From Ranitomeya imitator (lineage: Eukaryota), in the NCBI RefSeq assembly GCF_032444005.1, contig NC_091283.1, forward strand, positions 27,590,001 through 27,654,000: DNA of 64,000 bases, written 5' to 3'. Below are positions 11,001-23,569 of the stretch, piece after piece. Numbering within the stretch: the first letter of the stretch is position 1; every line of letters begins with the position of its first letter. The position numbers and the translations under genes were made by a program. The notes under the pieces are model-generated. The model was given only the letters and a program-made list of their open reading frames with translations. It did not search any database and was not told the origin of the DNA.

Positions 11001-13872
11001 ATTTTGATCTAATGATCTTTTTATTTCTCTAGTTTTTTTTTATATTATCCCGATTAGGTGTAATCCATTTATATCCCTGCGTTCCATGTGTATTTATCAC
11101 TTTATACGGTAGTGCCAGACCTATGTAATTCGCCATCATATGATGCGCGTATACTCTCCGTGTTTTCCTTGCTCCCTTTGCTTAACCCCCTGTGTCTGCA
11201 GTATTTCTGCGCATCCTCCATAGATCATTCCTGTTATATCACGGTCCCGGTGTGATCTTTATTCCAGAGCTCCACAGGATTCCTTCAGTATTTGGACGTC
11301 TCTGTCGGAAAAGAAATCGCAGCCACTTGTGTGAAAGCCGGAAGACTGAACGTCATGTGCCAGAACCCGTACAACGCCGTCATCCACCTCGGCCATCACA
11401 ACGGTATTGTATCACCCCTGCGTCCCATCACTCTGGCTGTAATGAAAGGTTCTGCGATTTTCTGATGTATTTATTGATGCGGCGAGATCTCTGCTGCCTG
11501 ACAGTGAATGGGACCTGCTCATTTACATTTACACCTAACTACAGAGGCATTATTTCTTCTTAAATGCATTTATTTTGGGCTAGAAGTAACTTATGCAATC
11601 TGGTTTCATTGTACTCTCCATCACAGGGACCGTCTCTCTCTGGAGCCCGACTATTAAGGAGCCTCTAGTGAAGATGTTGTGTCATAATGGAGCCGTCCGG
11701 GCCCTGAGCATCGACAAGACTGGGATGTAGGTGGAAGCTGCCCGTTTTCCTGACAATTCTCTCTCCTTGTGCCGCTTATTACAATTTCCTTTTTTCTCGG
11801 ACAGGTACATGGCGTCTTCAGGCACAGACAGGAAGATGACAATCTATGACCTCCGAACCTACCGTCCTCTGCAGTCGTGTCTCCTACCCCTCGGCGCAGG
11901 GTCTCTGTGCCATAGTCAGAGAGGGCTGCTGGCAGCAGGAGTTGGTAACGTGGTGCAGGTAAGTTACTGAAGGTTAAAGGGGTGCTTCTACATCTTCACA
12001 GACATGGTGTATCCCCAGGAGCCTGCCTAGCAGCTTCGGAACCTCTTTTCCAATGAGTCGGGTCTTCTCGTCATTCATCCCTAAGATATCAATGCTGCCC
12101 GCCACCCTAATCCCTGGTTGCTGGCACCCTGATCCCATTACCCCCAGTCCTTTTATTTTTCTCTTATTTTATTGGTTGTGTATTGTAAAAACATTTTGTG
12201 TACAAATTAATGAAACCTTCATATTTTGAGGCGTCACTGTGACTTGTTTCGGCTGACATCTACAATCTGCATTTCCTCAGGTTTATAAGGACACGCACCT
12301 CTCCGCTCCGCGCTCCCCGTACATGTGTCTCTCGGTGAAGGCTCCGATCCACGGGCTGCAGTTCTGCCCCTATGAAGATGTCCTGGGTATCGGACATGGA
12401 GGAGGCTTCACCAGCATGATTGTGCCAGGTCAGAGTCACCTCTTCATCTCGGTCTTTCCACTTCGCTCTATGTCTCCTGCATCTTAAGAATCATCCACTA
12501 TCTTCTTACAGGTGCGGGAGAAGCAAACTTCGATGGTCTGGAGTGTAACCCCTATGAAACCAAGAAGCAGCGACAGGAATGGGAGGTCAAGGCTCTGCTG
12601 GAAAAGGTAACGTCCTGGGAGCTTGGAAGAACCTCGTTCTGTGAGGATTAGGGTCACATTGCCTTCGCACAGCCGTGGTCTTGGCGAGCCCCGTACTGAC
12701 GAGCGATCGTTCCTTCCTTATCCTTCAGATTCAGCCTGAGCTCATCACTTTGGATCCCACTCAGCTCGGAGAGGTCGATAACATCACTATGGAGCAGAAG
12801 CGCAAGGAACAAGTGGAACGCATGGTAAGAGGACCCTGCCTTATCCCTTAAGGCCTTCTTCATTGTAGACACATTATGTAACATGCGGCCCCCCAGTGAG
12901 TACACCCCATCTCCATGGTCTTCAGTCTCGTCACCAGCTACTTATACATATGTATAGATTATATTGTGTATACAGGTAATGGCCTCTAATCGCAGCTGAT
13001 GGAACATGGCCCCTCATGTCCTACCCCTCTTCATACAGCACTTAGACGGCGTCTAGTCTCTTGCCTCCGTGTCTTACGTCGTTTCTTTCCTCAGGGCTTT
13101 GATCCTTATGAAAAGACTCGTTTTGCTCCTCGCCGTAAACAAAAAGGTCGGAGTTCAACTGGGAATGTGCTGAAGCGAAAGAAGAAAGTGGCGATCCAGG
13201 AGAAGAGGGTGAGTGTTGCTGTCCGGCGGCATCATATGTATCGGCCACAGGCTCCGCTTATTTACTCCTTTCATGCATCATTTTATGGAGCAGCCCCCTG
13301 ATGTCCGCTGATAAGTCACTGGGGTCCTCTGCTTTGTCTCCTATGAGCCAGCAGCTGATCCGTCCTGGCCTCTCATACACGTAGGATGAGGCCGCTTCCG
13401 CTAGTAGTAATGGACAGGTTCTGCTTATTTACTGTCTCTATACATCATGGACACGTCCTCCAGCATAATTCTGTGGAGCTGCCCCCGATGTCCTGCTGAG
13501 AAATCACTGGGGTCCTCCACTCTGTATCCTAAGAGCCAGGAGCTGCTCTGGACGATCAGCGCTGGCCTCTTGTACACGTAGGATACGGCCGCTGCTGCCA
13601 GAGCTAATAGACCGTTTCCAGCAGCTGGACGCCCGCTCATGTAATACAATTTATTTTTCTCGATCATTGGAGATAAGAAAAAAAAAAACTTTGCTTGAGA
13701 ATCTTTAGATCGCAGCTGCTCTTCATCTCCATCTGGTAACTTTCCTGTTATTCTACTTTCACAGGCTGAGATCAAAAAGAGTATAGAGGAACGAGAGACG
13801 GCGAAAAGCAACAGTGATGCGACAGAAGTCCAGCAAGGGCCGAGGTCCACCCTGGACCGATTCAAGAAGTGA
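2032..13872 (+). CDS. WDR46: WD repeat protein 46 (UTP7/BING4 homolog), about 574 aa
   Basis: join(2032..2058 [tentative exon 1, MSPSKPPKR], 6399..6545, 7458..7538, 7722..7834, 8350..8437, 8524..8585, 8669..8773, 9260..9410, 11268..11403, 11627..11726, 11805..11958, 12281..12428, 12512..12606, 12729..12824, 13095..13208, 13765..13872). All phases are consistent. Peptides [64 protein letters not shown] and LDRFKK* match WDR46. The identity of exon 1 is uncertain (see findings). Confidence 0.93.
2672..4327. repeat. Minisatellite, about 43-bp unit (ATGATCCCGTGCTGTAATGTCTGTATACTCTTTTGCTCCCCCT) with shorter variants
   Basis: Tandem copies are directly visible. Confidence 0.95.
4967..5047 (-). ncRNA. 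Type I hammerhead ribozyme with extended stem I, in a Penelope-like/retrozyme remnant
   Basis: The minus strand reads ACAGCCAACCAATTCC-AGC-CCTGTG-CTGATGA-GGGC-CTAAA-GCCC-GAAAC-ACGT-GTC^CACAGG-TA-GGAATTGGTTGGCTGT. It has the full catalytic core, a GUC cleavage triplet, a 4-bp stem II, a short stem III with a palindromic loop, and a 6+16-bp stem I. Confidence 0.85.
5140..6140 (-). mobile_element. Degenerate Penelope-like element remnant (pseudo-LTR type)
   Basis: AT-rich segment containing GAAACGCGCGTCGGGG on the minus strand (6017-6032), a motif typical of PLE hammerhead ends. No intact ORF. Boundaries are approximate. Confidence 0.4.
6743..6920. repeat. 22-bp GC-rich minisatellite (GCTGCTGCCCCGAGACCCCCGC), about 8 copies
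   Basis: Tandem copies in WDR46 intron 2. Confidence 0.95.
9619..9780. mobile_element. hAT-type palindromic MITE
   Basis: Near-complete inverted symmetry (CAGTGTTCCCCAACTCCAGTCCTCAAGG...CCTTGAGGACTGGAGTTGGGGACCCCTG) and a perfect 8-bp TSD CCTTAAAG at 9611-9618 and 9781-9788. Confidence 0.88.
10100..11180 (+). mobile_element. Penelope-like remnant in WDR46 intron 8
   Basis: Contains GAAACGCGCGTCGGGG (10387-10402) followed by T-rich pseudo-LTR-like sequence. Boundaries are approximate. Confidence 0.4.
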
Positions 13873-14169
13873 AGCCCCCCATTTCTGCTGAGGACGCTTT
13901 ACTATCTGGGGTTAGGTGGGAACGTGGTCATTCCCCTCCCCAAAAAAACTAATTATGACCTTACTGTCAGAGACTCTGTGAGAAGATCTGATAGACGAAG
14001 CTTCTCCGTCCCCTCTGTATATATGTTTTATATTTCATATCATCCTGCGGTTCACAGAAACTCGGGGACAAATAGAGAATATGAAAAAATGTTTAATAAG
14101 ATATGTAATAAATACAGGACAAATCGCAAAAAGCACAAGATCCAGAGACCATGATTAATGGAAGACAGT

Positions 14170-15930
14170 ACCTGGAGTATAAGAAACCTTACTGATCCCG
14201 GGCCGATGTCACATGCAATAATAGAAACCTTACCAGGCCCGGAACGACACCACAGGGAGTAATATAAACCTCGTTTCAACCCCATGTGGAATAATAGAAA
14301 CCTTACTGATCCCGTATCGACCCCACGTGGAATAATAGTGACCTTACCAGGTCCGGACCGACCCCACAGGGAGTAATATAAACCGCTCAAATCTCATTCC
14401 AACCCCATGTGGAATAATAGAAACCTTACTGATCCCGTATCAACCCCATGAGCAATAAAACAGGATTTTTGGGTGTATGCTGCTGACACTATGCACAAAA
14501 AAAGTTAGCTCCTCGTCTGCAGGACCGGACTTCAGAGCACGCTTGTGTGCTAGGATCTTGGTCCTGCTGAGGGATCTATGAGGACACGGGGTGGCAGTAC
14601 ACGCCGTACTCATAATCCGTATTGTGGGATTACAGGTCTGTCTGTTCACCCTGTATCCCTCCGGAAAACCTGTAACAAAACAACGCACATTAAGGTAGAT
14701 AAGGGTCTAATGAAAGACCCGTGTCCACCTCCTACTGACACTAAGCTAAACTGGAGTGCATAATGCCAGTCGGTGGGGTGTACACTGCAGAGTAAGAGCT
14801 ATATTTTTTTGTGCATATTGTCAGCCTCCTAGTGGCAGCAGCATACACCTCCTGGTTCCTGTGTCCCCCAATGAGAGGCGATAGAGAAAAGAAACCTTAC
14901 CAAACTCGGACAGACCCTGTAGGGAGTAATATAAACCTCCCAAACCCCACATGCAATAATAGAAACTTTACTGATCCTGTATTGACCCCATGTGAAATAA
15001 AAGAAACCTTACCAAACTGAGACAGACCCTGTATTGAGTAATATAAACCTCCCAAATCTCATACCAACCCTACATGCAATAATAGAAGCCTTACTGACCC
15101 CCTATTGACCCCACATTGAATAATAGTGACCTTACCAAACTTGGACAGACCCCACAGGGAGTAATATAAAGCTCCTAAATCTCGTAGCAAACCCTACGAG
15201 GAATACACAGGTCTGCGACTAAAAAGCTGTTTGATTATTTTCATCTAATTTCCATGTATTTTGGTGTGCTGAAAACGAAAAAATAAATTATTGAAAAAAA
15301 AATTCTGGACGTCAGGATTTGCCACAAAATGCAAAATTCTCTTCAAATTTAGTATATTTTTCTCAATTTTTGGTATTTTTATCTTAGGGTTTTGAAAGTC
15401 AAAATTACTATTAATTAATTCACATCAATGCATTGAAGATATACAATGCCAAAAAATATAACTTTTCAAAGAAAAGAACTTTCAGAGTGAGCTAATGAAA
15501 CCAGCATCAACATGTTGCAAGCTGAGCGAGCAGACTCGGACATGCCCGGGCCTGATTCAATTGTTTTATCTTGGTTCTCGCCTGTTCACCCTTTTCATCT
15601 CAGTTTGTGTTAGCTCGTCATATTCAACCGTGTTTCCCAAAATTAGCATTTTAGGTCATTTTCGGATTCAGCGCACTTGAAAACAAAGATTACGTGGAAT
15701 AACCAAAACAGCTCTTGAAAAAAATTTTTTTGCAGACCTGTGATCATCAAAACCTTACTGATCCCATATAGACCCCCATGTGGAATAACAGAGACCTTAC
15801 CAAACCCAGACCGACCCCACAGGGTGTAGTATAAACCTCCCAAATCTCATAGCAACCCTACGAGGAATAATAGAAACCTTACTGATTTTGTACCAACCAC
15901 ACAAGGAGTGCGTACACCTCCCAAATCCTG
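14170..15930. repeat. Degenerate ~120-bp tandem units (AATAGAAACCTTACTGATCCC...GACCCCACAGGGAGTAATATAAACC) in three clusters
   Basis: Clusters at about 14170-14450, 14880-15200 and 15745-15930. Confidence 0.75.
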
Positions 15931-17104
15931 GACGACCCCCGTGATACATTTTCATTAGTGCAGAACACAAGATGGTAGAATATGAGCCGACAGGCAAGAG
16001 GAGCTGCTGCCATATGGATAATGCATTGATCGTGGGGTGTTAGTCCTCCCCCTCTGAAATCTCTATATATATTTTTATTAGCACGGTAAATGCACATAAG
16101 AGGCTTTATGTATTTTTTTTTTTGTCCCAATGCAAAATATATACATATATTTCTGAAGTAAACTGGTACCAGTACCCAATGCTGCGAGGCCCTGGTCAAT
16201 TATTAATACATTATTATTATTGAACATGCGACAGGTTTATCGACAACGCACAAAGTTTGACAGATTTGGCGAATGTTATAAATTGTGTCCAAATCCGAAG
16301 AGTTACCGTCCATGGGGGGCGGTCGCTCTGGACCCCACAAAATAAACACGGCACCACAATACAATTTGTTATTGTACATCATTATAAATTAGACAGACGC
16401 TTATTGTAGAAATTGTGACCTCATTGATGTGTTCAGACCCGACATCAAATATAATAAAATCAGAATGATCCCGCACAATAATATCAGCACTATACGGACG
16501 GTATAAGACGTCCACAGATCACAGGGAGGTGTGAAATCCTCAATTATCACCAGACAACAGCTGAAGATTTGTTCGCGCGGCTCCATAATAAGTGGAAATC
16601 TTGTATTAGATTAAAGTGTGATGTGACAGTCACACTAAATGTGACAGTCATACTAAAGAGGTATTCTCAAGTTTGAAAGTTGTCACCAGGGGAGAACTTT
16701 CCGATCTCTGGGACCCCCACAGATCCCTAGAATCGGGGCTGGGAAGCGCCTTGTGTGAATGGAGCGGTGGTCGATCATGTGCACATCCGCTCCGGTCTCT
16801 TGACTATCTCCAGAGATCCCGTTTCCCTTCAAGTGTCCGTGGACCAAACAGTGCAGCAGCCGCTGAGTGCACCAACATACAGTCATAGCCGAAAGTGTTG
16901 GCACCCTTGAAATTGTTCCACAAAATGAAGTATTTCCCTAGAATACTATTGCAGTTACACCCCTTTATCTCCTTTGTGTGTATTGGAATATCGAAAACAA
17001 AAAAGAAAGGCGAATTGGACATAATTTACACAAAACCCCCAAAAATGGGCCAGACAAAATTGTTGGCACCCTTAACTTAATATTTGGTTGCCCACCCTTT
17101 GGAA

Positions 17105-17530
17105 TAAAAAAAACCCCTATGGCAGGCACCCGGAGGTGACGCCAGCCACTGTCCCCTGCATGCATCATACTGCAGCCCTCAGGATAGAAGGGAGATGTTT
17201 CCGTCTCCTAAGACACTCTGGTCGGTGCGTTCCCTCACTACTTTATTATCCGCCAGGAAATCTCGCTACCAATTCACCCTCCTGTGGGCAAAGCAGGTGA
17301 GAGAGGAACTTAAAGGATGTGCTCCAGACCTGGCACACCGGGGATTTATCTGATCTATCCCCCTGGAGGAAGAAGTTCGTATCCGGAATCCCCATAGACT
17401 GTAGGTCTCTCTCCAAGGACAGGAAACCACTAAAGCGGGAAGAGAGGTTCTGCCATTTAAATCTGTAGGTTTCCTGTCCTTGAGGGCGGATCCTATCTTT
17501 CTCGTATGGTGCTGTTATGAAGATGGGAAA
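17105..17530 (-). mobile_element. DIRS-like retrotransposon terminal fragment inserted in the Tc1
   Basis: Tc1 sequence breaks and resumes around a 425-bp block. On the minus strand the block begins TTTTCCCATCTTCATAACAGCACC...GGACAGGAAAC, resembling anuran DIRS termini (from recall). Confidence 0.45.
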
Positions 17531-17780
17531 AACTGCAATCAATCGCTTCCTATAACCATCAACAAGCTTCTTACATCCCTCAACTGGAATTTTGGACCAC
17601 TCCTCTTTTGAAAACTGCTCCAGGTCCCTCATATGCGAAGGCGCCTTCTCCCAACAGCAATTTTAAGATTTCTCCACAGGTGATCAATGAGATTTAGATC
17701 CGGACTCATTGACGCCACTTGAGAACTCTCCAGCGCTTTGTTTCCATCCATTTCTGGGTGCTTCTTCAATATCAGCATTC

Positions 17781-20700
17781 TACATAGTAACATAGTAACA
17801 TAGTTAGTAAGGCCGAAAAAAGACATTTGTCCATCCAGTTCAGCCTATATTCCATCATAATAAATACCCAGATCTACGTCCTTCTACAGAACCTAATAAT
17901 TGTATGATACAATATTGTTCTGCTCCAGGAAGACATCCAGGCCTCTCTTGAACCCCTCGACTGAGTTCGCCATCACCACCTCCTCAGGCAAGCAATTCCA
18001 GATTCTCACTGCCCTAACAGTAAAGAATCCTCTTCTATGTTGGTGGAAAAACCTTCTCTCCTCCAGACGCAAAGAATGCCCCCTTGTGCCCGTCACCTTC
18101 CTTGGTATAAACAGATCCTCAGCGAGATATTTGTATTGTCCCCTTATATACTTATACATGGTTATTAGATCGCCCCTCAGTCGTCTTTTTTCTAGACTAA
18201 ATAATCCTAATTTCGCTAATCTATCTGGGTATTGTAGTTCTCCCATCCCCTTTATTAATTTTGTTGCCCTCCTTTGTACTCTCTCTAGTTCCATTATATC
18301 CTTCCTGAGCACCGGTGCCCAAAACTGGACACAGTACTCCATGTGCGGTCTAACTAGGGATTTGTACAGAGGCAGTATAATGCTCTCATCATGTGTATCC
18401 AGACCTCTTTTAATGCACCCCATGATCCTGTTTGCCTTGGCAGCTGCTGCCTGGCACTGGCTGCTCCAGGTAAGTTTATCATTAACTAGGATCCCCAAGT
18501 CCTTCTCCCTGTCAGATTTACCCAGTGGTTTCCCGTTCAGTGTGTAATGGTGATATTGATTCCTTCTTCCCATGTGTATAACCTTACATTTATCATTGTT
18601 AAACCTCATCTGAAACAATTAGCAGCTAGACTCTCAATGGTATAAGAACCAAAAATCTTTATAGCGAAACAGCCGGTTCCTATATATAATAAAACTTTTA
18701 TTAAATACTCATAAAAGAAAAAATACCAAACACAATAGTGCAAAAAAGTGCCAGGTGCAAACAGACAGACACAAAATACGCTAAAAGATCACTGCCAAGA
18801 AATTATAACCGCTATAGTATTATTTTTCGGTTATTCCAATACCACATTTTTTTTTTTTTGGTAACTTACTATATATTTAGCAGGGTCCCCAGCCCTTAGT
18901 TTTCATCAAAATATATCTATATCTTTTCATGTAAGTACCAATAGGTCAAACAACCTTAATCTCATAAAAGGTATGGCCAAATGGGAATAAATCCTAAATC
19001 AACACTTCTAAACAACCTTAGTGGCGACGGTGATAATGATCAGTAGCAGCATGCTCATACAAAAAAGAGATCAAACAATAACATATGGCAACCGTGCAGA
19101 CTGAAGTAAAGTTTTTAGCACTCCTTTTGTCCTCAGATCCCAAAGGGTACATATCTTAATACATGCTGTCACGTGCACATTTTAAAATAAACATTCTATC
19201 ATGTTATACTCATCTGCCTTCTACCGATCATTTGTCTGAACCGGTGTGGCCTGAGTCAGAAAGAGGACCTTCTTAGCGGTTTCTCCTTAGAAAGTATATC
19301 CGCCTTCTTTCTTATAGGTCCATCTACATGAATAGTGCCTCCCAACGCGTTTCATTCTATTCCAAATCATCAGGGGATAGTGTCACCTTCATGAATCACA
19401 CTGCTCACAATGCTCACGTGTGATTCATGAAGGTGACACTATCCCCTGATGATATAAGAAATAATGGTTTATCTATTACATTACTTAGTTCTCTTAGTAC
19501 TCGTGGGTGTATGCCATCCGGACCCGGAGATTTATCTATTTTAATCTTATTTAGCCGGTTTCGCACCTCTTCTTGGGTTAGATTGGTGTTCCTTAATATA
19601 GGGTTTTCATTGTTTCTTGGGATTTCACCTAGCATTTCATTTTCCACCGTGAATACCGTGGAGAAGAAGGTGTTTAATATGTTAGCTTTTTCCTCGTCAT
19701 CTACAACCATTCTTTCCTCACTATTTTTTAAGGGGCCTACATTTTCAGTTTTTATTCTTTTACTATTGATATAGTTGAAGAACAGTTTGGGATTAGTTTT
19801 ACTCTCCTTAGCAATGTGCTTCTCTGTTTCCTTTTTGGCAGCTTTAATTAGTTTTTTAGATAAAGTATTTTTCTCCCTATAGTTTTTTAGAGCTTCAATG
19901 GTGCCATCCTGCTTTAATAGTGCAAATGCTTTCTTTTTACTGTTAATTGCCTGTCTTACTTCTTTGTTTAGCCACATTGGGTTTTTCCTATTTCTAGTCC
20001 TTTTATTCCCACAAGGTATAAACCGCTTACACTGCCTATTTAGGATGTTCTTAAACATTTCCCATTTATTATCTGTATTCTTATTTCTGAGGATATTGTC
20101 CCAGTCTACCAGATTAAGGGCATCTCTAAGCTGTTAAAACTTTGCCTTCCTAAAGTTCAGTGTTTTTGTGACTCCCTGACAAGTCCCCCTAGTGAAAGAC
20201 AGGTGAAACTGCACAATATTGTGGTCGCTATTTCCTAAATGCCCAACCACCTGCAGATTTGTTATTCTGTCAGGTCTATTAGATAGTATTAGGTCTAAAA
20301 GTGCTGCTCCTCTGGTTGGATTCTGCACCAATTGTGAAAGATAATTTTTCTTGGTTATTAGCAGAAACCTGTTGCCTTTATGGGTTTCACAGGTTTCTGT
20401 TTCCCAGTTAATATCCGGGTAGTTAAAGTCCCCCATAACCAGGACCTCATTATGGGTTGCAGCTTCATCTATCTGCTTTAGAAGTAGACTTTCCATGCTT
20501 TCTGTTATATTTGGGGGTTTGTAACAGACCCCAATGAGAATTTTGTTACCATTTTTCCCTCCATGAATTTCAACCCATATGGACTCGACATCCTCATTCC
20601 CTTCGCTAATATCCTCCCTTAAAGTGGACTTTAGACAAGACTTTACATAGAGACAAACCCCTCCTCCTCTCCGATTTTTACGATCCTTTCTAAACAGACT

Positions 20701-21190
20701 GTAACCCTGTAAGTTAACTGCCCAGTCATAGCTTTCATCTAACCATGTCTCGGTTATTCCCACTATGTCAAAGTTACCTGTAGATATTTCTGCTTCTAGT
20801 TCTTCCATCTTGTTTGTCAGGCTTCTGGCGTTTGCGAGCATGCAGTTTAGAGGATTTTGTTTTGTTCCAATCTCCTCACTGTGGATTGTTTTAGAAATGT
20901 TCTTACCTCCCTTCTGAGTATGTTTTCCTGGGTCGTCTTTGTTCGAGTCTAATGTTTTTCTTCCCGTCCCCTCTTCTTCTAGTTTAACGCCCTCCTGATG
21001 AGTGTAGCGAGTCTTCTGGCGAATGTGTGTTTCCCAGGTTTGTTGAGGTGTAGTCAGTCTCTGGCGAGGAGTCCATCATACCAGTAATTCACACCGTGGT
21101 CCAGGAATCCAAATCCTTGTTGTCTGCACCATCGTCTTAGCCAGTTGTTTGCATCAAGGATCCTGTTCCATCTCCTGGAATTCTGATATT
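17781..21190 (-). mobile_element. CR1 LINE, 5'-truncated and internally deleted
   Basis: ORF1 esterase-like remnant at about 20990-21190, APE endonuclease ORF 20134-20841 (ANARSL, GITETWLD, RKDR..RRGGGV), linker 19454-20130 (KSPGPDGIHPRVLREL), C-terminus 17893-18612 (RFNNDKCKV, LEKRRLRGDLI), and a 3' (TATGTTAC)n tail. The RT core is missing. Confidence 0.93.
18613..19453 (-). mobile_element. Penelope-like fragment with terminal fold-back replacing the CR1 RT core
   Basis: Non-CR1 AT-rich block with a hammerhead-like core at 19340-19377 (-) and a perfect 36-bp inverted repeat at 19366-19401/19418-19453. Confidence 0.6.
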
Positions 21191-22419
21191 GGGCACTACA
21201 CTGCACACAGTCAAGGCATCCAGCGCCCAAGGCAGTAAAACCCAAAACATCTTTGAACCTCCACCATATTTGACTGTGGGTACTGTGTTCTTTTTCAGTC
21301 AACAGTAGAATGATGTGCTTTACCAAAAGCTCTATCTTCCATGTGTTCATAAGACACTTTCCCAGAAGGATTTTGGCTTATTCGCATACATTTTTATGTC
21401 GGTTTCAGCAGTGGGGTCTCCTGCCATAACGTTTCATTGACATGTGGATGGATAGTTCACTCTGACACTGATTGACCCTAAGCCTGCAGGACAGCTTGAA
21501 TTTCTTTAGAACTTGATTGGGGCTGCTTATCCACCATCCAGAATATTCTGCGTTGCAAGCTTTCATCAATTTTTCCGTTGCAGACCATAGACAAAGAAAC
21601 GTCAAGATCTCAGGAAATGGACTTGTAATCTTGAGTGATGATATTTTACATCAATTTTGGTTCTTAAGTCCTCAGACAGTTCTTTTCATCTTCCTGTTCT
21701 CCATTCTTAGTGTGGCACAGACACCGTGCAAAAGATTGAGTCAACTTCTATCCTTTTTATCTGGTTTCAGGTATGATTTTCATGTTGTCCACACCTGTTA
21801 CTTGCCACAGGCGAGTTTAAACAGGCATCACATGCTTGAAACATAGTTGTTTACCCACAATTTTGGAAAGTTGCTAACAATTTTGTACTCCCCATTTTGG
21901 GGGTTTTGTGTGGAATTATGTCTAGTTTGCCTTTTGTTCTCTTTTCTGTGTTGTTCCAATACACACAAAGGAAATAAACATGTGTATAAAGAAAACTTGT
22001 GTAATTGCAATAATTTTCTGGGAGAAATACTTCATTTTCTGTAACAATTTCAAGGGTGTCGACACTTTTGACCATGACTGTATAATTATACTCTACAGCA
22101 ACAATGAACTTTATATTTGACAGATCCGATTTTGTGGCCGATTTGTCCATGGCATAAAATGACAGTGTGTGAGGCCAGAGTCGCGTTATGTCAATGCGTT
22201 GAGAAAAAGAGTTGCAAACGCAGCTAATCAGTATTACAAGTAGATATGGTGACTGGAGGTCCAGGAGTGGCGGTATCGGGACCCCCGGTGCCAGCCTTAG
22301 CAGAGGTAAAGTCACTCCGTGTGCCGCCGTACTACTGAGGTAGCCTGAAAATTAACTCTAACATCAAATCCAATGAAGCATGATAAAGAATTCTGCTCCC
22401 TCGAGAGGAGGGTCCGTCC

Positions 22420-23478
22420 TTACTGAACCCCATCCCCTCCCTGCTCCACAAGCTGCCCAAACAATTTGCAGTACAGCAATGCCAGCGAGGGGCACCAGCG
22501 GCTCTCTGCCTCCTTCAGCATATTCCACGCCTCCTGCATGCCCTTCGGCGTCATCCCATGAGAATTGAACATGGTTCGATAGCAGCAGGTGCTGTGTGGC
22601 ACGGACATGGATCCTGAAATTTTTGCCACATGTCTGGGAGCGATTCCAGCCGCATGGGCCAAGATCCCGACGTACACATCCTCCACTGCCAGCCATGGTC
22701 CACTCCTGACCTGCTCCAGGAGGAGAACAGCGGCTTTGTGAGACAAGATGTAGCCGGTGCCACTGCAGTAAGGAGGGAAGTAGCTGCCTCCAAACAATTC
22801 CTCCGACACGTAGTGCCGACTGTCGGGGTCCCGGTTTGGGCTCACGTGCCACTGCAGCCGCCCCATGTACTGGAGACCAGTCACCCTTCTTAAGAACTGA
22901 GTCAGAAACAATGTGTTGACAAAAACGTCGTCATCGGTCTTGAGTAGGTACTTGGTGCCGTGGCATTTCTCCAGTGCCCACGTCAGCCCTGTGATGGTCT
23001 TTAGAGTCAGATTCTGGTAGGAGTCTGTGAAATTGGCTTGGATGATGTCTCTGTGTGTCACCGCCTCGTGTATCAAAGCCGCCCTTTCATCCAGTGACTT
23101 TGGTACAGCCAGGACGAAGAGTGTGAGAGAAGAGGAGGCGGTGGAAGAAGTGAGACTCCCCCACGTCTGACGGATCACATCCCTTCTGTCTCTATGGGAA
23201 GGTGCGCTGGACACCAAGATCAGTAGAAACGGAGGCGAGGAGCAGGCACTGGCCGGAGAAAGTAGGAACGGGGGTATAGGAACGTTCAAGACTCGAAGAG
23301 CAGACACATGAGAAGGTGTGGAGTAAAAGATGGAAAGAAACCCAGAGAGGAACTCTTCCAGATATCCCGAGACACTGAGGAAAAAGATCAGACAGAGTAC
23401 AAGGAAAATAAGCGGCCATCGGTGGTGGCGGCGGTGGATGAACAGCAGGCGAAGGAAGGCGGCATTACATGGGAACAT
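22420..23478 (-). CDS. B3GALT4: Beta-1,3-galactosyltransferase 4 (GT31, GM1 synthase), 352 aa, single exon
   Basis: Type II N-terminal TM (WPLIFLVLCLIFFL), PFLLILVSSAP, R..IRQTWG, DSYQNLTLKT, KTDDDVFVN DxD motif, FPPYCSGTGY, EDVYVG. Its position next to WDR46 fits the known cluster. Confidence 0.92.
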   Translation of the reverse strand: MFPCNAAFLRLLFIHRRHHRWPLIFLVLCLIFFLSVSGYLEEFLSGFLSIFYSTPSHVSALRVLNVPIPPFLLSPASACSSPPFLLILVSSAPSHRDRRDVIRQTWGSLTSSTASSSLTLFVLAVPKSLDERAALIHEAVTHRDIIQANFTDSYQNLTLKTITGLTWALEKCHGTKYLLKTDDDVFVNTLFLTQFLRRVTGLQYMGRLQWHVSPNRDPDSRHYVSEELFGGSYFPPYCSGTGYILSHKAAVLLLEQVRSGPWLAVEDVYVGILAHAAGIAPRHVAKISGSMSVPHSTCCYRTMFNSHGMTPKGMQEAWNMLKEAESRWCPSLALLYCKLFGQLVEQGGDGVQ

Positions 23479-23569
23479 GATGGCGTCTTCTCAGATATCA
23501 CAGATTGGATGTGGAATAATTATTACTGCCACATGGTGCAGCCGGGGTCATCACCCAGCGATAGCGGAG

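Larger units (their letters stand above)
16880..22080 (-). mobile_element. Tc1 transposon interrupted by nested insertions
   Basis: TA|CAGTCATAGCCGAAAGTGTTGGCACCCTTGAAATTGT ... ACAATTTCAAGGGTGTCGACACTTTTGACCATGACTG|TA. Transposase fragments on the minus strand (SPDLNLIDHLWRNLKIAV; EEWSKIPVEGCKKLVDGYRKRL). Confidence 0.85.

Noticed and set aside
13425-13865. 146-aa minus ORF overlapping the last WDR46 exon
   Set aside because: Antisense to the coding exon and intron, with no recognisable domain.
17900-18547. 215-aa + strand ORF
   Set aside because: Antisense shadow of CR1 ORF2.
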